In this document: positions 10,700 through 23,690 of the stretch, piece by piece | How the letters are laid out: each line of letters starts with the position of its first letter | Numbering within the stretch: the stretch's first letter is position 1 | Source of the DNA: Anthoceros angustus | Taxonomy: Eukaryota; Plantae; Anthocerotophyta | Length of the DNA: 64,000 nt | Assembly: GCA_010909165.1 (NCBI GenBank) | Contig: MU008169.1 | Span: 992,001-1,056,000, forward strand | Direction: 5' to 3' | Position numbers and translations under genes: made by a program | The notes under the pieces: model-generated | The model's database searches: none | The model's input: only the letters and a program-made list of their open reading frames with translations | What the model was told of the DNA's origin: nothing

Positions 10700-13410
10700 G
10701 CGTAAGTGTCCTTGGCCTTTGGTACCCAAGTTCACCATCCGACCCAAACTCGGCTTTGAAGCCCAAGGAGTCGTTATTTGCTTTTTTGAAGTCCAAGGAA
10801 AAGTTTTGCAATTTTCATGAGCCAAGGAAACCCATTTCATCGCGAGCCTATATATAAGCCATGTAATTCTGTTTCTTTCACCCTAAGTCCAATCCGAGGC
10901 GTGAGTGTCCTTGGAGTTTGGTGCCCATGGCAACTTCACCATCCGACCCGACCACGGCTCCGAAGCCCAAGGAAATGTTATTTGAATTTTCGATGGGTTT
11001 TGTTAACCATGGGTTTTGTTAACCATGGTTCGTCAAACCATGGATTCACGAACTCAAAGTCCAAGGAAACTCGGTCGACCCTAAAGTGTCCTGTCTCTGA
11101 CCACTTGAGAGCAAGATCGGCCGGGCACTTTCATCGATCAAGTTCGCACGCCGATCGATCCAAGCTCGAGCCGCGAGCCATGTGGCGATTATAACGCTTT
11201 GTTGCATTTGGGTGCACATGGCATGCTGCCATTGGTCACACTTGGACACCATAGGGGGCCCCCGCCGCCCATCCTCCTCGTCGATGCCGAGCCCAATTCC
11301 AGTATTGCGCACACAATCGGCAAGCGGCAGTTTCCGATGATTCTGGCAAGCCGAAGGATATTTTAACCAAACCCTAACTCAAGTTTTCCTTGGGCTTCGG
11401 TGTAACCAAACCCTAACTCATGTTTCCCATGGGTTAAGGTGTACCCTAACCCCTAACCCGAAAGCCAAGGAGACTTGGGTTTCCATGGGCTATATATGCC
11501 TCCATGGCCAGGATATGTAACTAGGGTTTATGGTTTGGTAGGAAAGCGAATCTTGTTGACCACTCGATTTCGCACACCATCCGGCTCTCGATTACATCAC
11601 TTGTCTAAAGGCACGCGGGCATTTCATATGTAATGGACATCATAGGGGCCCCGCCCATCCTCCTCGTCGATGCGAGCCCAATTCGCAGTATTGCGCACAT
11701 TATCCGCAAGCGGCAGTTTCCGATGATTCTGGCAAGCCGAAGGATATTTTAACCAAACCCTAACTCAAGTTTTCCTAAGGCTTCGGTGTAACCAAACCCT
11801 AACTCATGTTTCCCATGGGTTAAGGTGTACCCTAACCCCTAACCCGAAAGCCAAGGAGACTTGGGTTTCCATGGGCTATATATGCCTCCATGGCCAGGAT
11901 ATGTAACTAGGGTTTATGGTTTGGTAGGAAAGCGAATCTTGTTGACCACTCGATTTCGCACACCATCCGGCTCTCGATTACATCACTTGTCTAAAGGCAC
12001 GGGCATTTCATACAGACGTCATTGAATCCACTCAATTTCTCGCGTGGCGAGCATCCATTAGTGCGGATGGGCATAAATGGAGGCATTGCTTGTTTGGCAC
12101 ACTCGACTCGGCGGTTGCATGGTGCGTTTGGTCTTCCCACGAAGCCCGAATCCAGGCCTTCTTATTCTGTTCTCCTAGATTTGCATGAAGCGTGCCTTAA
12201 GTTCTTCCTTGCCCTCGCGCCGCAAAGGTGAATTTTCTGCTCGCTGACGTGCTTCATGGTTCCGCGCTAACTGCTCCTCACAACGGCTTTCAAACGGCGC
12301 GAGGGCAAGGAAGAATGTCTGGAGGAAATGGCCCGGCAATCGGATGGCGGTGGGCGGAGTGCCTAGAGATTTATCGCGGACATGGGAGCGAGCTGGTTGA
12401 ATCGGAGGCTTCGGCGCGACCCACACACGTCGAGATGAGGATGCAGACCGGCAGCGCCCCAATCTACGGTGGAGGCCTTGGATTTCAAGAGGCGGGTAAT
12501 GGAGATGGGCGATGCTTCATGGAAATTATTGCCTCCTGAGGCTCCTCGAGGCGCCCGGACCTAGGTTGTGGCTTCCTTGGGCGGTGTAACCAAACCCTAA
12601 CTCATGTTTCCCATGGGTTAAGGTGTACCCTAACCCCTAACCCGAAAGCCAAGGAGACTTGGGTTTCCATGGGCTATATATGCCTCCATGGCCAGGATAT
12701 GTAACTAGGGTTTATGGTTTGACTGGGAAACGAATCTTGTTGACCACTCCAGTTTTGCGCACACCATCCTGGCTCTCAGTTACCTGTCACTTGTCTAAAG
12801 GCACGCGGGCATTTCATCTGTAATGCACGTCATTGAATCCACTCAATTTCTCGCCGCGTGGCAGGCATCCATTGGTGCCAGATGGGCATAAATGGAGGCA
12901 TTGCTTGTTTGGCACACTCGACTCCGGCTTCGGATTTGCATGGTGCGTTTGGTCTTCCCACGAAGCCCGAATCCAGGCCTTCTTATTCTGTTCTCCTAGA
13001 TTTGCATGAAGCGTGCCTTAAGTTCTTCCTTGCCCTCGCGCCGCAAAGGGGAATTTTCTGCTCGCTGACGTGCTTCATGGTTCCGCGCTAACTGCTCCTC
13101 ACAACGGCTTTCGAAACGGCGCGAGGGCAAGGAAGAATGTCTGGAGGAAATGGCCCCAGCAATCCGGATGGCAGCTGGGCGGCGGAGTGCCTAGAGATTT
13201 ATCGCCAGACATGGGAGCAGGCCTGGTTGAATCGGAGGCTTCCGGCGCGCGACCCACACACGTCAGATGAGGATGCAGACCAGCTTCTGGCGCCCCAATC
13301 TACGGCGGAGGCCTTGGATTTCAAGAGGCGGGTAATGGAGATGCTTCATGGAAATTATTGCCTCCTGAGGCTCCTCGAGGCGCCCGGACCTAGGTTGTGG
13401 CTTCCTTGAT
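10700..13410. repeat. Block-duplicated region (pattern X-X-Y-X-Y) rich in CCWWGG and AAACCCTAA motifs; probable TE interior or subterminal region
   Basis: X at about 11250-11640, 11641-12012 and 12585-12820; Y at about 12012-12580 and 12820-13410. Many ccaagg/ccttgg/ccatgg and aaaccctaa motifs. Confidence 0.8.
13137..13409 (+). CDS. 90-aa hypothetical ORF in block Y, with a frameshifted twin at about 12314-12580
   Basis: Open frame MSGGNGPSNPDGSWAAECLEIYRQTWEQAW...; no homology recognised. Confidence 0.25.
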   Translation: MSGGNGPSNPDGSWAAECLEIYRQTWEQAWLNRRLPARDPHTSDEDADQLLAPQSTAEALDFKRRVMEMLHGNYCLLRLLEAPGPRLWLP

Positions 13411-13629
13411 TGGATTGAAGCACCACGACACTTTTGCAAGTCTACTGAGGCGCTCAGCGATGTGGAGATGATCGATGGAGGATTTTCATCTTGTCCCCGC
13501 CTGTCGCAGGCCCCCTTTTGTTCTCGTTTTACAGGTCGGCCTAGCCCAAGCCTTAAGCGATGTACCGGTTACCTCTCGATTTTTCTTTTAGGGTAATAAG
13601 GCGTGGTTTATCATCAAAACCCATTCTAA

Positions 13630-14068
13630 ATTAGTCTTGTTGTAAACAACGGTGTCTAAATCGTAAAGGGTCTTGTTGTAAACTCTGAGTGTAGTAAACT
13701 ATTGGATGTTGTAAAATACCATTGGCATGTTGTAAAAGAACTCGTTGTAGTGGAGAAAGTCTCGTAGTAAATTGTAGTCCCGTAGTAAACGAACATGCCA
13801 TCGTTGTAACGTCCATAAGCTATGTTATAAATAACAAGTGCCCCGTAGTAAAGTCCATTTTGATTTGCCACATCAACTTTTTCGGCTTTGGCAAAACAAC
13901 CCCTGTAGTAAAGTTGGAATGAGTGTTAGTAAATTCAGGGCTATACTTGAAAATAATACATGGACTTGAAAAGGTGCCTTCAATTGACGTAGTAAAATGG
14001 ACGGCCGTGGTAAAATGCACCCCCGTTGTAAAACTTCAATTAGTAAAAGTATACTTTTCCCAGTAGTG
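13630..14068. mobile_element. CACTA/EnSpm transposon terminal fragment
   Basis: Ends ...ACTTTTCCCAGTAGTG at 14068 (reverse complement CACTACTGGGAAAAG), preceded by many GTAGTAAA/GTTGTAAA subterminal repeats. The matching other end was not found. Confidence 0.7.
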
Positions 14069-14089
14069 GGAGGTGGACTGACAACTGCT

Positions 14090-17000
14090 GTTACTACTAA
14101 GTCCTCCTCCTCGCTGTCTACTGGCGCGCTGGTGGGACCCGCCCTGCGGGTCCGTCCGGAGCCCATTCTTTCTGGGCTGGTCGAGGCTAACTCTCAACCA
14201 CTCTTACCCCCACTCCCAGGGTTAGAACTGCTAGGCTCATTTCCCCCTCCTGAGTCCGGACCTCGGGGTCCATTCTTGCCTCCTGGGTCCGGACCTCGGG
14301 GTCCTTCCTCGCCTCCTGGGTCCAAACCTCGAGGTCCGTCCTCGCCTCCTGAGTCCGGTTGGCTAGGCTCAGGTCCTCCACCGGTCTCCGGATGTCCAAT
14401 TCCGGAGTTTCCCCCAAGGGTCCGACTTCCAAGTCCGGACCCACGTGCCCTTCCTTCGCTCCCCTGCCTCATGCCCTCCTAGGCTAGATCCCCTAGCCGC
14501 TCCTCCAGGACTTCTCTTCTTGTGTGCTGCCCCTCCGGGGTTCTCTCTTCCTCTCTCTCCTTCGGAGCTCTCTCTTCCTCTCCCGGCGTTGGGTGCGATG
14601 GACCTACCTCGAGTCTCGTTGTCTCCGCCGCCTCACCCTCCTCCGGTCGACGTTATGCCTCTGGGCCCTCCCCGCTGCTGCTCTCGTCACCGAACAGGGC
14701 TCCTAGATTCCCTGTGGCTGCGCTCTCTCATAGGCCTTCGTCTCTTCAGGCCCCTCCGACTCCTCGGGCGGTCCTTCAATCTCGGCAGCTTGGTGTACGG
14801 CTCCTACTGCCTTCAAGAGCTCCGCATGATAATATGTGAAATCGGAGTCGACCTATTGAATGGCCTCTTCCACATCGGCTCGGAGCACTCAATATTCCCA
14901 CCGCCAAAGATTCTCCGGTAGGTGGGCGTGCCTGGTTGTTTGCTGCGCCGTTCCCATCGCGAGGTCATCCAATCTGGTCCTGGCCGCGTCTCACGAAGCC
15001 GTTAAGGCGACTTCGGCCACTTCGTGGAGTCGTTGCCTCTCCTTGGCGGGCTCCTCCTCTTGCTGCTTTTGCAGCTCGGCCAACTTTCCGGCCATGGACC
15101 GGAGTTCTGCCTCCGCCATCCACAGGCGGATCAGCAGCTTCTGCTCCTCCTTCAGAGCCCTCTCCTACCTCGCCATTTTCTCCTTCAGGGCCGCCATATC
15201 CTGCTCCAGCCACCCAGGTAACTCCGCTCGACGCCTAGTGTCGTCCAGCTCTCTTTCCAGCTTGGCGACGTCTTGCTCCTGGCTGTGCCGGCGACCCTCC
15301 TCTACCCTCAAGCAGAGTTGGAGTCGCTCTATCTCCCACTCATGATCTCCTATCCACCCTTGAAGGAGTCCATTCCGCTCGTCCACTACCCGGAGTCGCA
15401 GCTCTAGAGTCTCCTTCTGGCCTCCCAACTCCTGGCGCTCTCCTTCCAATTCTTGGAGCTGCAGTCGGAGGTCCCCCAACTCCTTAGCGCTCGCTTCCAT
15501 CTCCTCACCACGGGCCACGCGCGCTTGCTCTGCGGCCGCCTGCTCCGCCTTCAGGCTTGCTGTGGCCGCTCCTGCCGCCTCCCTCCATCGATTCCTATCC
15601 CGACGGTAGTGGTCCCGGTCGGTCTTGGCAGTGGCCTCCGCCTCTCTCGCCCCCTTCAGCTGAGCCTCCAGCGCCTGGCTCTGCTCCTGTCGGGCAGTCT
15701 CTGCCAATTCTTTGGCCTCCTCCGCCTGCCGGCGTGCTCCCTCCGCTTCTTCCCTTTGCTACCTCCCTTCTCCAGCACAGGTCCTCCGCCCACGCTGCCT
15801 CACAGGCGTGCTTGACTGTTCGCCGGTGGAGCACCACAGCCCTATCTTTATGGGGACCTTGCCTCCGTTTGATGCAGGCGCTTCTCCTCCTCGACTTTGG
15901 CGAGGGACTCCGCCTTTCTCTTAGTAGCCTGTGCTGCCTCCCCCTGACCCTCGAGCTCCACCATTCGCCTTCGGGTGGCCTCCACTTCTTGGGTCTTCTC
16001 TGCCGTCCCATAGAGTCCCCATAGCATGCCGTCCATGACGGCCGCCAAAACTCGTCGTGTTTCCTCCACGGATACCGCTGGTGAGGCCCCCAAGAAGTCC
16101 ATCGAGGGCTTAGGCATTTCCCGGTCCGTTAAGGACCGCCATACCGCCGTCCGGAGTGAGTTCGGGTTAGGGACTCTAGACCCAATCAGGACCCTCAGGT
16201 CCTGTCCATCCTGAGCCGGCGCTTCAACCTCCTTGGCCGTTTTCGCCCCCAACTCCTTCTCCGCACATCTCCGCTTGGGATCCGGGGGAGGTGAGGGAGT
16301 CCGAAGGCCAGCCGCTTTCCCCTCAGCGTGGGGATAGGAGTTCGGGTTAGGGACTCTAGACCCAATCAGGACCCTCAGGTCCTGTCCATCCTGAGCCGGC
16401 GCTTCAACCTCCTCCTTGGCGTTTCGCTAACTCCTTCTCCATCTCGCTTGGGATCCGGGAGGTGAGGGAGTCCGAGGCAGCCGCTTTCCCCTCAGCGTGG
16501 GGATAGGGGCGGTTCGGGGTGGGGTTGCTGCCAATGGCCCCCGGCGCCTTGGGCGGCATCCCGTTCCGCCCTTCTTACGGCCTCTTCCGCCTCTTGCCAC
16601 TCCGTTGGCAAAGGCAAGGGCACAGGAGCTGTCCTTGGGACGGTGGAGTTGGGCGCCTGCTTCCTCTTCTTCGCCTCCCTCCTGGTCCGTCGGGGCTCGG
16701 CAGCTTGGTCCGGAGCAAGTTGTGAGGCCGCTAGGGCTACGGCCACCAACTCCATTCCCATCGTAGTAGCTGCTGGGGATGGCTGCTCTGGTGGGGGAAC
16801 CAAGAGGAGGGAAGCGGGAATATCCTCCCATACTTCCCTTGGAGGAGAGGGAGTCCGTTCTAGACGTATGGAGTCCGGAATTCCCTCCTAGTCTTCGTCC
16901 TCCTGGGTGCGTCTTGCCTTGGGCGGGTGGCCATCCGGTGCCTACGCTCCTTCCTCCCATTTCGCCGTCCGGTAGGGTCCCCAGCCCCCTCCGGAGGGCT

Positions 17001-17503
17001 CGTTCCTCCTCCCCTTCCTTCAGAAGGTTGAGGTGTCCCCATACATGGATGATGAACGGAGACAACGCCGACGGGGGTGGCCTCTTGTTCCGCAGCTTCC
17101 TCGACTCCTGAGCAATACGGGCGAAGATGATTCCCCCCCAATCCGCCCTCTTGCCTCTCTGAAGGGCATGCAGGAAGACCAACAGATTGTCACCAAGGTG
17201 GTCTACCTTGGTGAGCATGTTCCAGTGGACGATAATTTTTGCCACGGCCCTCACTCGTCGGTCCAGCAGGTCCGACATGAGCCATCCGTTGGAGGATCAG
17301 TGCGTCCCCGACCTCAGGAGCGCCACCTTGGCGGCTTCCACCTTCCCTTTCACGTTCAGGGGCTTCGGCACTTCGCCCCCTACCTCCTCTGCTGGGCGAT
17401 CGTAGACCGTCCTAAATTTACTGTGACCTACTCCGGAGTGGCCTACTCCGGAGCGTCCCACGTGTCCGACCCGGTCGCTTTCTCCCGTCCTCTTGTCCAT
17501 CAC
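14090..17503 (-). mobile_element. Frameshifted accessory ORF of a probable retrotransposon: plant-transposon-protein-like N-terminus, coiled coil, Gly/Pro-rich tail
   Basis: Fragments 17297-17503, 16427-17278 (LLVFLHALQRGKRADWGGIIFARIAQE...SALSPFIIHVW), 15165-15707 (heptad-rich) and 14194-14472 (GPRGPDxGG repeats). The 3' end abuts the CACTA terminus. No gag or pol recognised. Confidence 0.45.
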
Positions 17504-17792
17504 AATTCCCCCTATTCAACCTTATTTCCCCTTTTCCGCCTTATTTTCGACACACACACTAAGAAAACCCAAAAAAAATCCGCCTATTACCTTCCTAAGG
17601 GGGAGTCCACAATTCCCTCCTTGTCCACAAACGGAACGGGATGTATCATGTGTGACATGTACATATACATAGTATACTCCTATACGTATGTCCTGTATAT
17701 TACGTTATAATATACAAATAAATAAGCTTGTATCAATCTACATATATATGTATCCATCATATATATGTATACATACAGGCATGTATACACAC

Positions 17793-17988
17793 CCTTTGCA
17801 CCAAGGGCATCCACTCCCTTTGCACCAAGGGCATCCACTCCCTTTAGGCACCCCATCTAAGTACCGATCTAAGCTCATGATGCTTAATCACTACGTTATT
17901 ATAAATGTGTGTCCATTTGGCCTAAGCTCAGGATGCTTAATCACGACGTTCTTATAAATGTGTGTCCATTTGGCCTAAGCCATGTGGA
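17793..17988 (-). mobile_element. Short retroposon-like family, copy D (tailless, two internal duplications)
   Basis: Matches 28683-28830, 46633-46857 and 46911-47140 (ttgcaccaagggcatccactccctttaggcaccccatctaagtaccgatc...). Confidence 0.7.
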
Positions 17989-18009
17989 CAGGTGAGAGAA
18001 GGGAAAGAT

Positions 18010-18350
18010 GAGAGTTGCATAAACAAATAGTTCTCTAAACGGGGGTGTAATAAAGAGGGAAGGGTGATAGGGAAGAGAGGGGGCTCCATGAACATAAACA
18101 ATTAGTTCGCTAAAGAGGGTGTAATAAAGAGGGGAGCGTGATAGGGGAGAGAGGGGCTCCTTGAACATAAAAAAATAGTTCTCTAAAGAGGGTGTAATAA
18201 AGAGGGAAAGATGATAGGGAGAGAGATGGCTCTTTGAACATAAACAAATAGTTCTCTAAAGAGGGGCCTCCTTGAACATAAACAAATACTTCTTTAAAGG
18301 GGGTGTGATAAAGAGGGGAGCATTATAAGGGGAGAGAGGGGGCTCCTTGT
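18010..18350. repeat. Degenerate purine-rich tandem repeat, ~70-75 bp unit, about 5 copies
   Basis: Recurring tgaacataaacaaatagttctctaaagagggtgtaataaagagggga...gagaggggctcct. Confidence 0.8.
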
Positions 18351-20842
18351 TCGTATTAAGATGGTGGCACCACATGGGGAAAAAGTTGCAAACTTAATAC
18401 CAAGCCTCCAAAGCATGTTGCAATTTGGAAGTGTACAACGTCTCTAACATAGGCTGCCCTTTCTAGTATGGTGGGTTATATCGAATAGCAAATGTCCCTG
18501 TGTGCTAATAAATATTTGTAATGTATTTTTATGATGATCCAGTAGTTAGGGTAAAGGCCTAGTTAGTTATTTCTATATATATGGTACAAGTAGTACCAGA
18601 AATAGGGTAAATTGTCGACAATCTCAACTGTTAGAGGAGCGCCAAGCAATATGGGGCCGGTGAGGCAATCAACTACATTCATGCTAAACTCAGAAGGATT
18701 GAGAGAATGCGCAAGATCATGATCAGGAGTGATCCATGGAGCTGGACGTATGAAGGGCTGCAACCAGATGAGTTTTGCATCTGCTAGCTAGTCTTCTGTG
18801 TCTACCGTTGTGTGTGAGCAATAAGCATTCTCCGTATTGAGCTAAATGTGCAAGACGTACAAGGTGTTAATGTGTTTGACCCACGTGAAGATGCCTAGCA
18901 CATCTCTATTGAAGTGAATTGGATGAAGAATGTCTGTGATGCTAATGTGGTGATGTTGAAGTAGAAATTGCGTGACACGCATAAATGTGTGCATTGCAGC
19001 GGTCTTGTCATCAGAGCCAACAAGTCCAACAAAGTGAGCACTTTGGTATATGTGAGTAATAGGCATGCTAGTAGCAAGTCTGGTTTTCAAAATGCAACCA
19101 GCATAACATATGTGTGAGTATGAAGTAATAGTTTTGCGACATGGTGTGACAAAGGTACGACAGTTACCATAAAGTTAGCTGAAATATGGACCTTGTTTGT
19201 TGGGTGATCAATCCGCCCATTGTTGTCTTGTTGAATACACCCGCTAATCTGTTCACTTGATTGTTGTACAAGAAAAGCCCAAGATGGGTCTCTCCTTGGA
19301 TACAACCATGCGGATTTTTGTAGAGTGAGATCTTGAAGCACAAGATTTTCTTTTACTATGGTTTTCTTTAAAGTGAGACCTTGAGGCATAAGACTTTCTT
19401 TCACCATTCAACTTAATGTGCAGATTTTAAAGAATGTTTATTGTGTCTTTTATTGTAGAAATTCTAAGCTGCGCAACTATAATAAAGGAGGGACTACACA
19501 AGCGATACCATCTAAAAGGTTTTGAGTGAAAGAATTTTCTCGCTTCAATTTGGAATTCATAACTCAATATATCATATGAATAATATAATTTGGTATGGTA
19601 GGTAAAGTTTTAAGGCTAAAGAACTTCTGCTCAAATTATTTATTATGATGACTTCACACTAGCCTAAGATATCAAGTTTGAAGTACATGCTAATTTAAAT
19701 TCAAATATACATCTGTTAAATCTTATTAGGTAAATAGAAATGAATGACATTGCGGTCAACGTCAATGGGCATGGGTGTGCCCATAATGGCCAACGTGTAT
19801 TGAAAAAACTCATATTCAATCTGATTGGTAAACAAAAAAACATGACTTTGTCGTGAATTTTTATTCTGGTTCCAAAGTGGGCTCAATAATTCGGTAAAAA
19901 AAAAGTGGACCCAAAACCCAATGCGCACGTGGAAAATGCATTACATGCCCGTACCCGCGATCCCAAAAATAGAAAGAACTTGTATAGAAAAGTCCAAAGA
20001 TCAAACGCCCATCTGCCATGGTAGCAGAAACGATAAGAATCGGCAGCATCAGCAAAGAATCCTAGTACGGAAACGAAGGCTCGGAGGCAGCTTCGTCCGG
20101 GCCCACCAGATGTGTCCAGAGCCCTGGATGGGGACACGCCGTACCTGCTCGCCTGTTCCGAGGGTGGACGGACATGCCCGGGCCATCGGCCCATGGGGAC
20201 AGCGTCACGCCATGCGCCTGGGTGGGTGGGTGCAGTAGGTGGGCTCTGTCAGCCACGGCCTGCCCAGTCTAGAGAGAGGAGAGAGAATGATCTTGTCACC
20301 TTGTCCGAGCGGACTCCTGTTTGACCGCTAGCGTCACGCTCCGTCTTGTTTATCTTCGCCTCCGCCTCCATCTCTCACCCTGTCCCGTTCCGTTGCGTGC
20401 GTGCGTGCATCTATTTGCCTGCATTGCTGGGATGGTGTGATCGGGAGCAGCTGAAGCTTCGGCTTGTTGGAGTGGTTTCTTGATTCGTGTTTTGATTCGT
20501 TTCGTTCGAGTCGACTTCTGTTGCAGGACGAATCAGGATTGTGCTGAATCCATGCGGAGGCTGCGAGGGATGCCGGACGCGAGCTCCTGAGGAAGTGAGT
20601 AAGCAAGCTGGCGGGAGCAGGCGAGGTGGATGCTCCTGTTGCTGGCGGACGGGAGCTTGGTAGGCTAGAGATGCGTAACTCGCTTCCGGCTTCTCTACTG
20701 GTGTTTGAACGTGGTTGAGGCGAGGAGGAGAAGGACAAGGAAAAGGAGGAGGAGGAGGAGGAGAAGGAGGAGGAGGGAAAGGAAAAGGAGGAGGTTTTGG
20801 ACGCTGCAACGAGGATTCCGAGGTTCATTTGTTGTCAGGAGG

Positions 20843-22247
20843 ATGAGAATGGCTGGCGGGAACTCCAGGCCGGGGTACCAGAACGAGGCCTTGCTGCAGT
20901 GGGAGGGAAGGACGGCGGCGGAGTCCTCGAGCGCGGTGCAGTCGCAGGCCGTGAATGTGAAGGAGGAACATGTTGCATGGCCCGGCTTGCTGGCTGAGGC
21001 GGGGCGGGGCAATGAGGAAGGAGCGCGCACGGGGAGGAGGCCCGGGAGGCTGCAGCAGGGAGGCTGGATCGAGATCGCGAAGAAGGCGAAGGAGTCGCTT
21101 GGAGACAGATCATTCGCGGACCGGTTGAGGCAGAAGTTCTGCGAGACGGCCAGGCCGGAGAGCGGCGGGAGCTACCGCGACAGGCAGGGATCGGCGATGA
21201 CGCTCACGGTGCCGGCGGCCTCGGGAGCAGCCGCGGCATGGCAGAGCTCGCCGCGCCTCAGCCCCTGGGGTTCCAAGCGGGTGTCCGGCCTCCCGAGCCC
21301 GCGCGCCGTGGTCCCCTACCTCCCCGACGGCCTCGGCCTCCCGCTCAACGAGCACGACTCGGAGGACATGGTGCTCTACGGCGTGCTCGCGGAGGCGGCA
21401 ACCAAGGGCTGGTGTCCGCTTCCCGCTCCGGCTCCATCTCCAGCTCCGGCTCCAGCGCCTGTGGTGCTCACGGCGAAGCAGAAGCACGAGCTCCAGCAGC
21501 AGGCTATGGTGGAGGACATTATCCGGGAGGCCGAGGCGAAGGACGGGACGGCGGGCAAGCTCAAGCAACAAGGAGGGAACTCGAAGCCGCACTACCGGGG
21601 GGTGCGGAAGCGGCCGTGGGGGAAGTACGCAGCGGAGATCCGGGACTCGGCTCGGCAGGGGGCCAGGGTATGGCTGGGGACGTTCGACACGGCCGAACAG
21701 GCTGCCCGGGCTTACGATCGGGCGGCCTCCACCATGCGCGGCTCCCGCGCGCAGCTCAACTTCCGGCTCCTTCCGCCACTCTTCCCGCCAAGACTCCTCA
21801 GCCGGCGCGGGCGTCTGCCCTCCGACTCCCCCGCCATTCTCAGCAATGGCAGCAGCAGCAGCAGGAGGGAGGGGCGTCCGGAGCTGCAGCAGCTCTCCTA
21901 CCGGGAGCAAGCCAGGGTCGAGTCTTTCCCTGGTGGAGAAGCTGCGGGCGGCCATCAGGAAGCCCGGGGGGCAGAAGCGGGCCGCGCTGATAGCTCTCGC
22001 CCCCAGGCTCGGGAGCAGCAAGCGGTGCGCCACCAGCTCCGACGACAGCAGCTCCGGCTCCGGTTCCTCCTGCTTCAGCACGGACAGCATTGGCAGTGAG
22101 CTTTGCGCGCCGTCGTCTTCGCAAAGCGAGCGTGTCGCGGACTTGAACACCTTCTTCTCCAGCCTGGCCCAGCCGCAGCCGCAGCCGCAGCTGCCGCCTC
22201 CATCGGGGGCTCTGGACTTGGCCGTCTTAGATCTGTGTATCATATGA
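20843..22247 (+). CDS. AP2/ERF transcription factor, ERF group IX-like; single exon with two probable 1-nt frameshifts after the AP2 domain
   Basis: AP2 domain [58 protein letters not shown] and the ERF1-type motif [16 protein letters not shown]. As written, the frame ends at 22099. Confidence 0.88.
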
Positions 22248-23164
22248 TTTTGCTCTTTCACTTGTACTTGTACTCCCTTCTACATCCCTCTCAGAGCAAT
22301 GCACCACCATGGCGCCATAGCCATGGCTGCCTCGCTTCACAGCTTGTCAGCTTTTGGCAATGTGAACACGGTTTCCGCTTGATTTCCATCTCGTCTGCTT
22401 CATGGCTACCTTGCCGCCTTATTAGGTGGTAGCGGTCACGCAAGCAACCTTGCCGACTTGTACATGTGCATACATGCCTTGCGTATCTCACCGGTCACGA
22501 GTCCCCTGCCTGCCTGCACTTCTTGCAACACCTGTCACAACTGCAAACGAGAAGGGAGCTGTGTAGGTGTAAGCTTGGTGCGGCCGTGCCCAAAGTTGGT
22601 CGTCTATGCGCGCTTCTAATTGGACGTGTGGTAACACGTAAGATGAATAGAACCCTGGATAAGAAACTCATAAAGAATATATGATTGTTTTTTCATTCAT
22701 AGATTTCATTGCCGTTGAGTTTTCTTTCTCATAAAAACATCCGGTGTAATCTGGAGTTCTAGCAGTGGAGTTCCATGCTATATCTAAGTGAACTTGGAAA
22801 AGCAACTCATATCTATTTATTTCCATTTGATATTTTGAAGATATATATTATATATTTAATTTATATATTTATAATAATATTTATATATGTACATATATTT
22901 TTATATGGAGATTTGTTATATGTACATATATACATCTTTCTGTCGAAGAGTATGAAATAGCATTTCCATTACATGGGGAATGTGAAACAGGATTTCCACT
23001 ATATGGGCAGTATGAAACAGGATGTGAAATGGAAATGAAATAAGCAGTGTGAAAAGATAGGGGATGTAACATATTTTATTCCAGTTGAGTTCTTTTTTCT
23101 CATAAAAAATATCCATTATAGTAGAAAGCTCCAAAGAAATCATGTAAGTGATCTTGAAGAAGCA

Positions 23165-23690
23165 GCTTGAGAGCTAGATGTATTCTCCTTCAGAGCTAGA
23201 AGCTAGATGCCTTCTCAAGAAGGCTTGTTGTCAACTTATCATCTTAAGAGGTAGATGTCTTCTCAAGGATGCATATTATGAACTCATCATCTTAAGAGCT
23301 AGATGTCTTCTCAGCTTAAGAGCTAGATCATGAACTCATCAGCTTAAGAGCTAGATCGTCTCTTCAGCTTAAGAGCTAGATCTTCTCCTCAACTTAAGAG
23401 CTAGCTCGTCTCCTCAGCTTAAGAGCTAGATGTCTCATCAGCTTAAGAGCTAGTTGTCTCCTCAGCGTAGTCTCATCAGCTTAAGAGCTAGTTATCTCCT
23501 CAGAGTAAGAGCTAGATGTCTCCTCAGCGTAAGAGCTAGATGTCTCCCCGGCGTAAGAGCTAGATGTCTCCCCAGCGTAAGAGCTAGATGTCTCCCCAGC
23601 GTAAGAGCTAGATGTCTCCTCAGCGTAAGAGCTAGATGTCTCCTGAGCGCAAGAGCTAGATGTTTCTCAGCTTAAGAGCTAGATGTCTCC
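23165..23690. repeat. 24-bp minisatellite (AGCTAGATGTCTCCTCAGCGTAAG), most regular at 23330-23690
   Basis: More than 15 recognisable copies of AAGAGCTAGATGTCT; degenerate to the left. Confidence 0.9.

Noticed and set aside
11360-11840. Interstitial telomere
   Set aside because: Isolated telo-box motifs, not a tandem TTTAGGG tract.
14187-14482. Collagen gene
   Set aside because: The Gly spacing is not strict Gly-X-Y; it is a short tandem repeat in a TE ORF.
18400-19420. Minus-strand ORF fragments (106, 82, 66 aa)
   Set aside because: Interrupted by stops, with no recognisable motif; cannot support a call.
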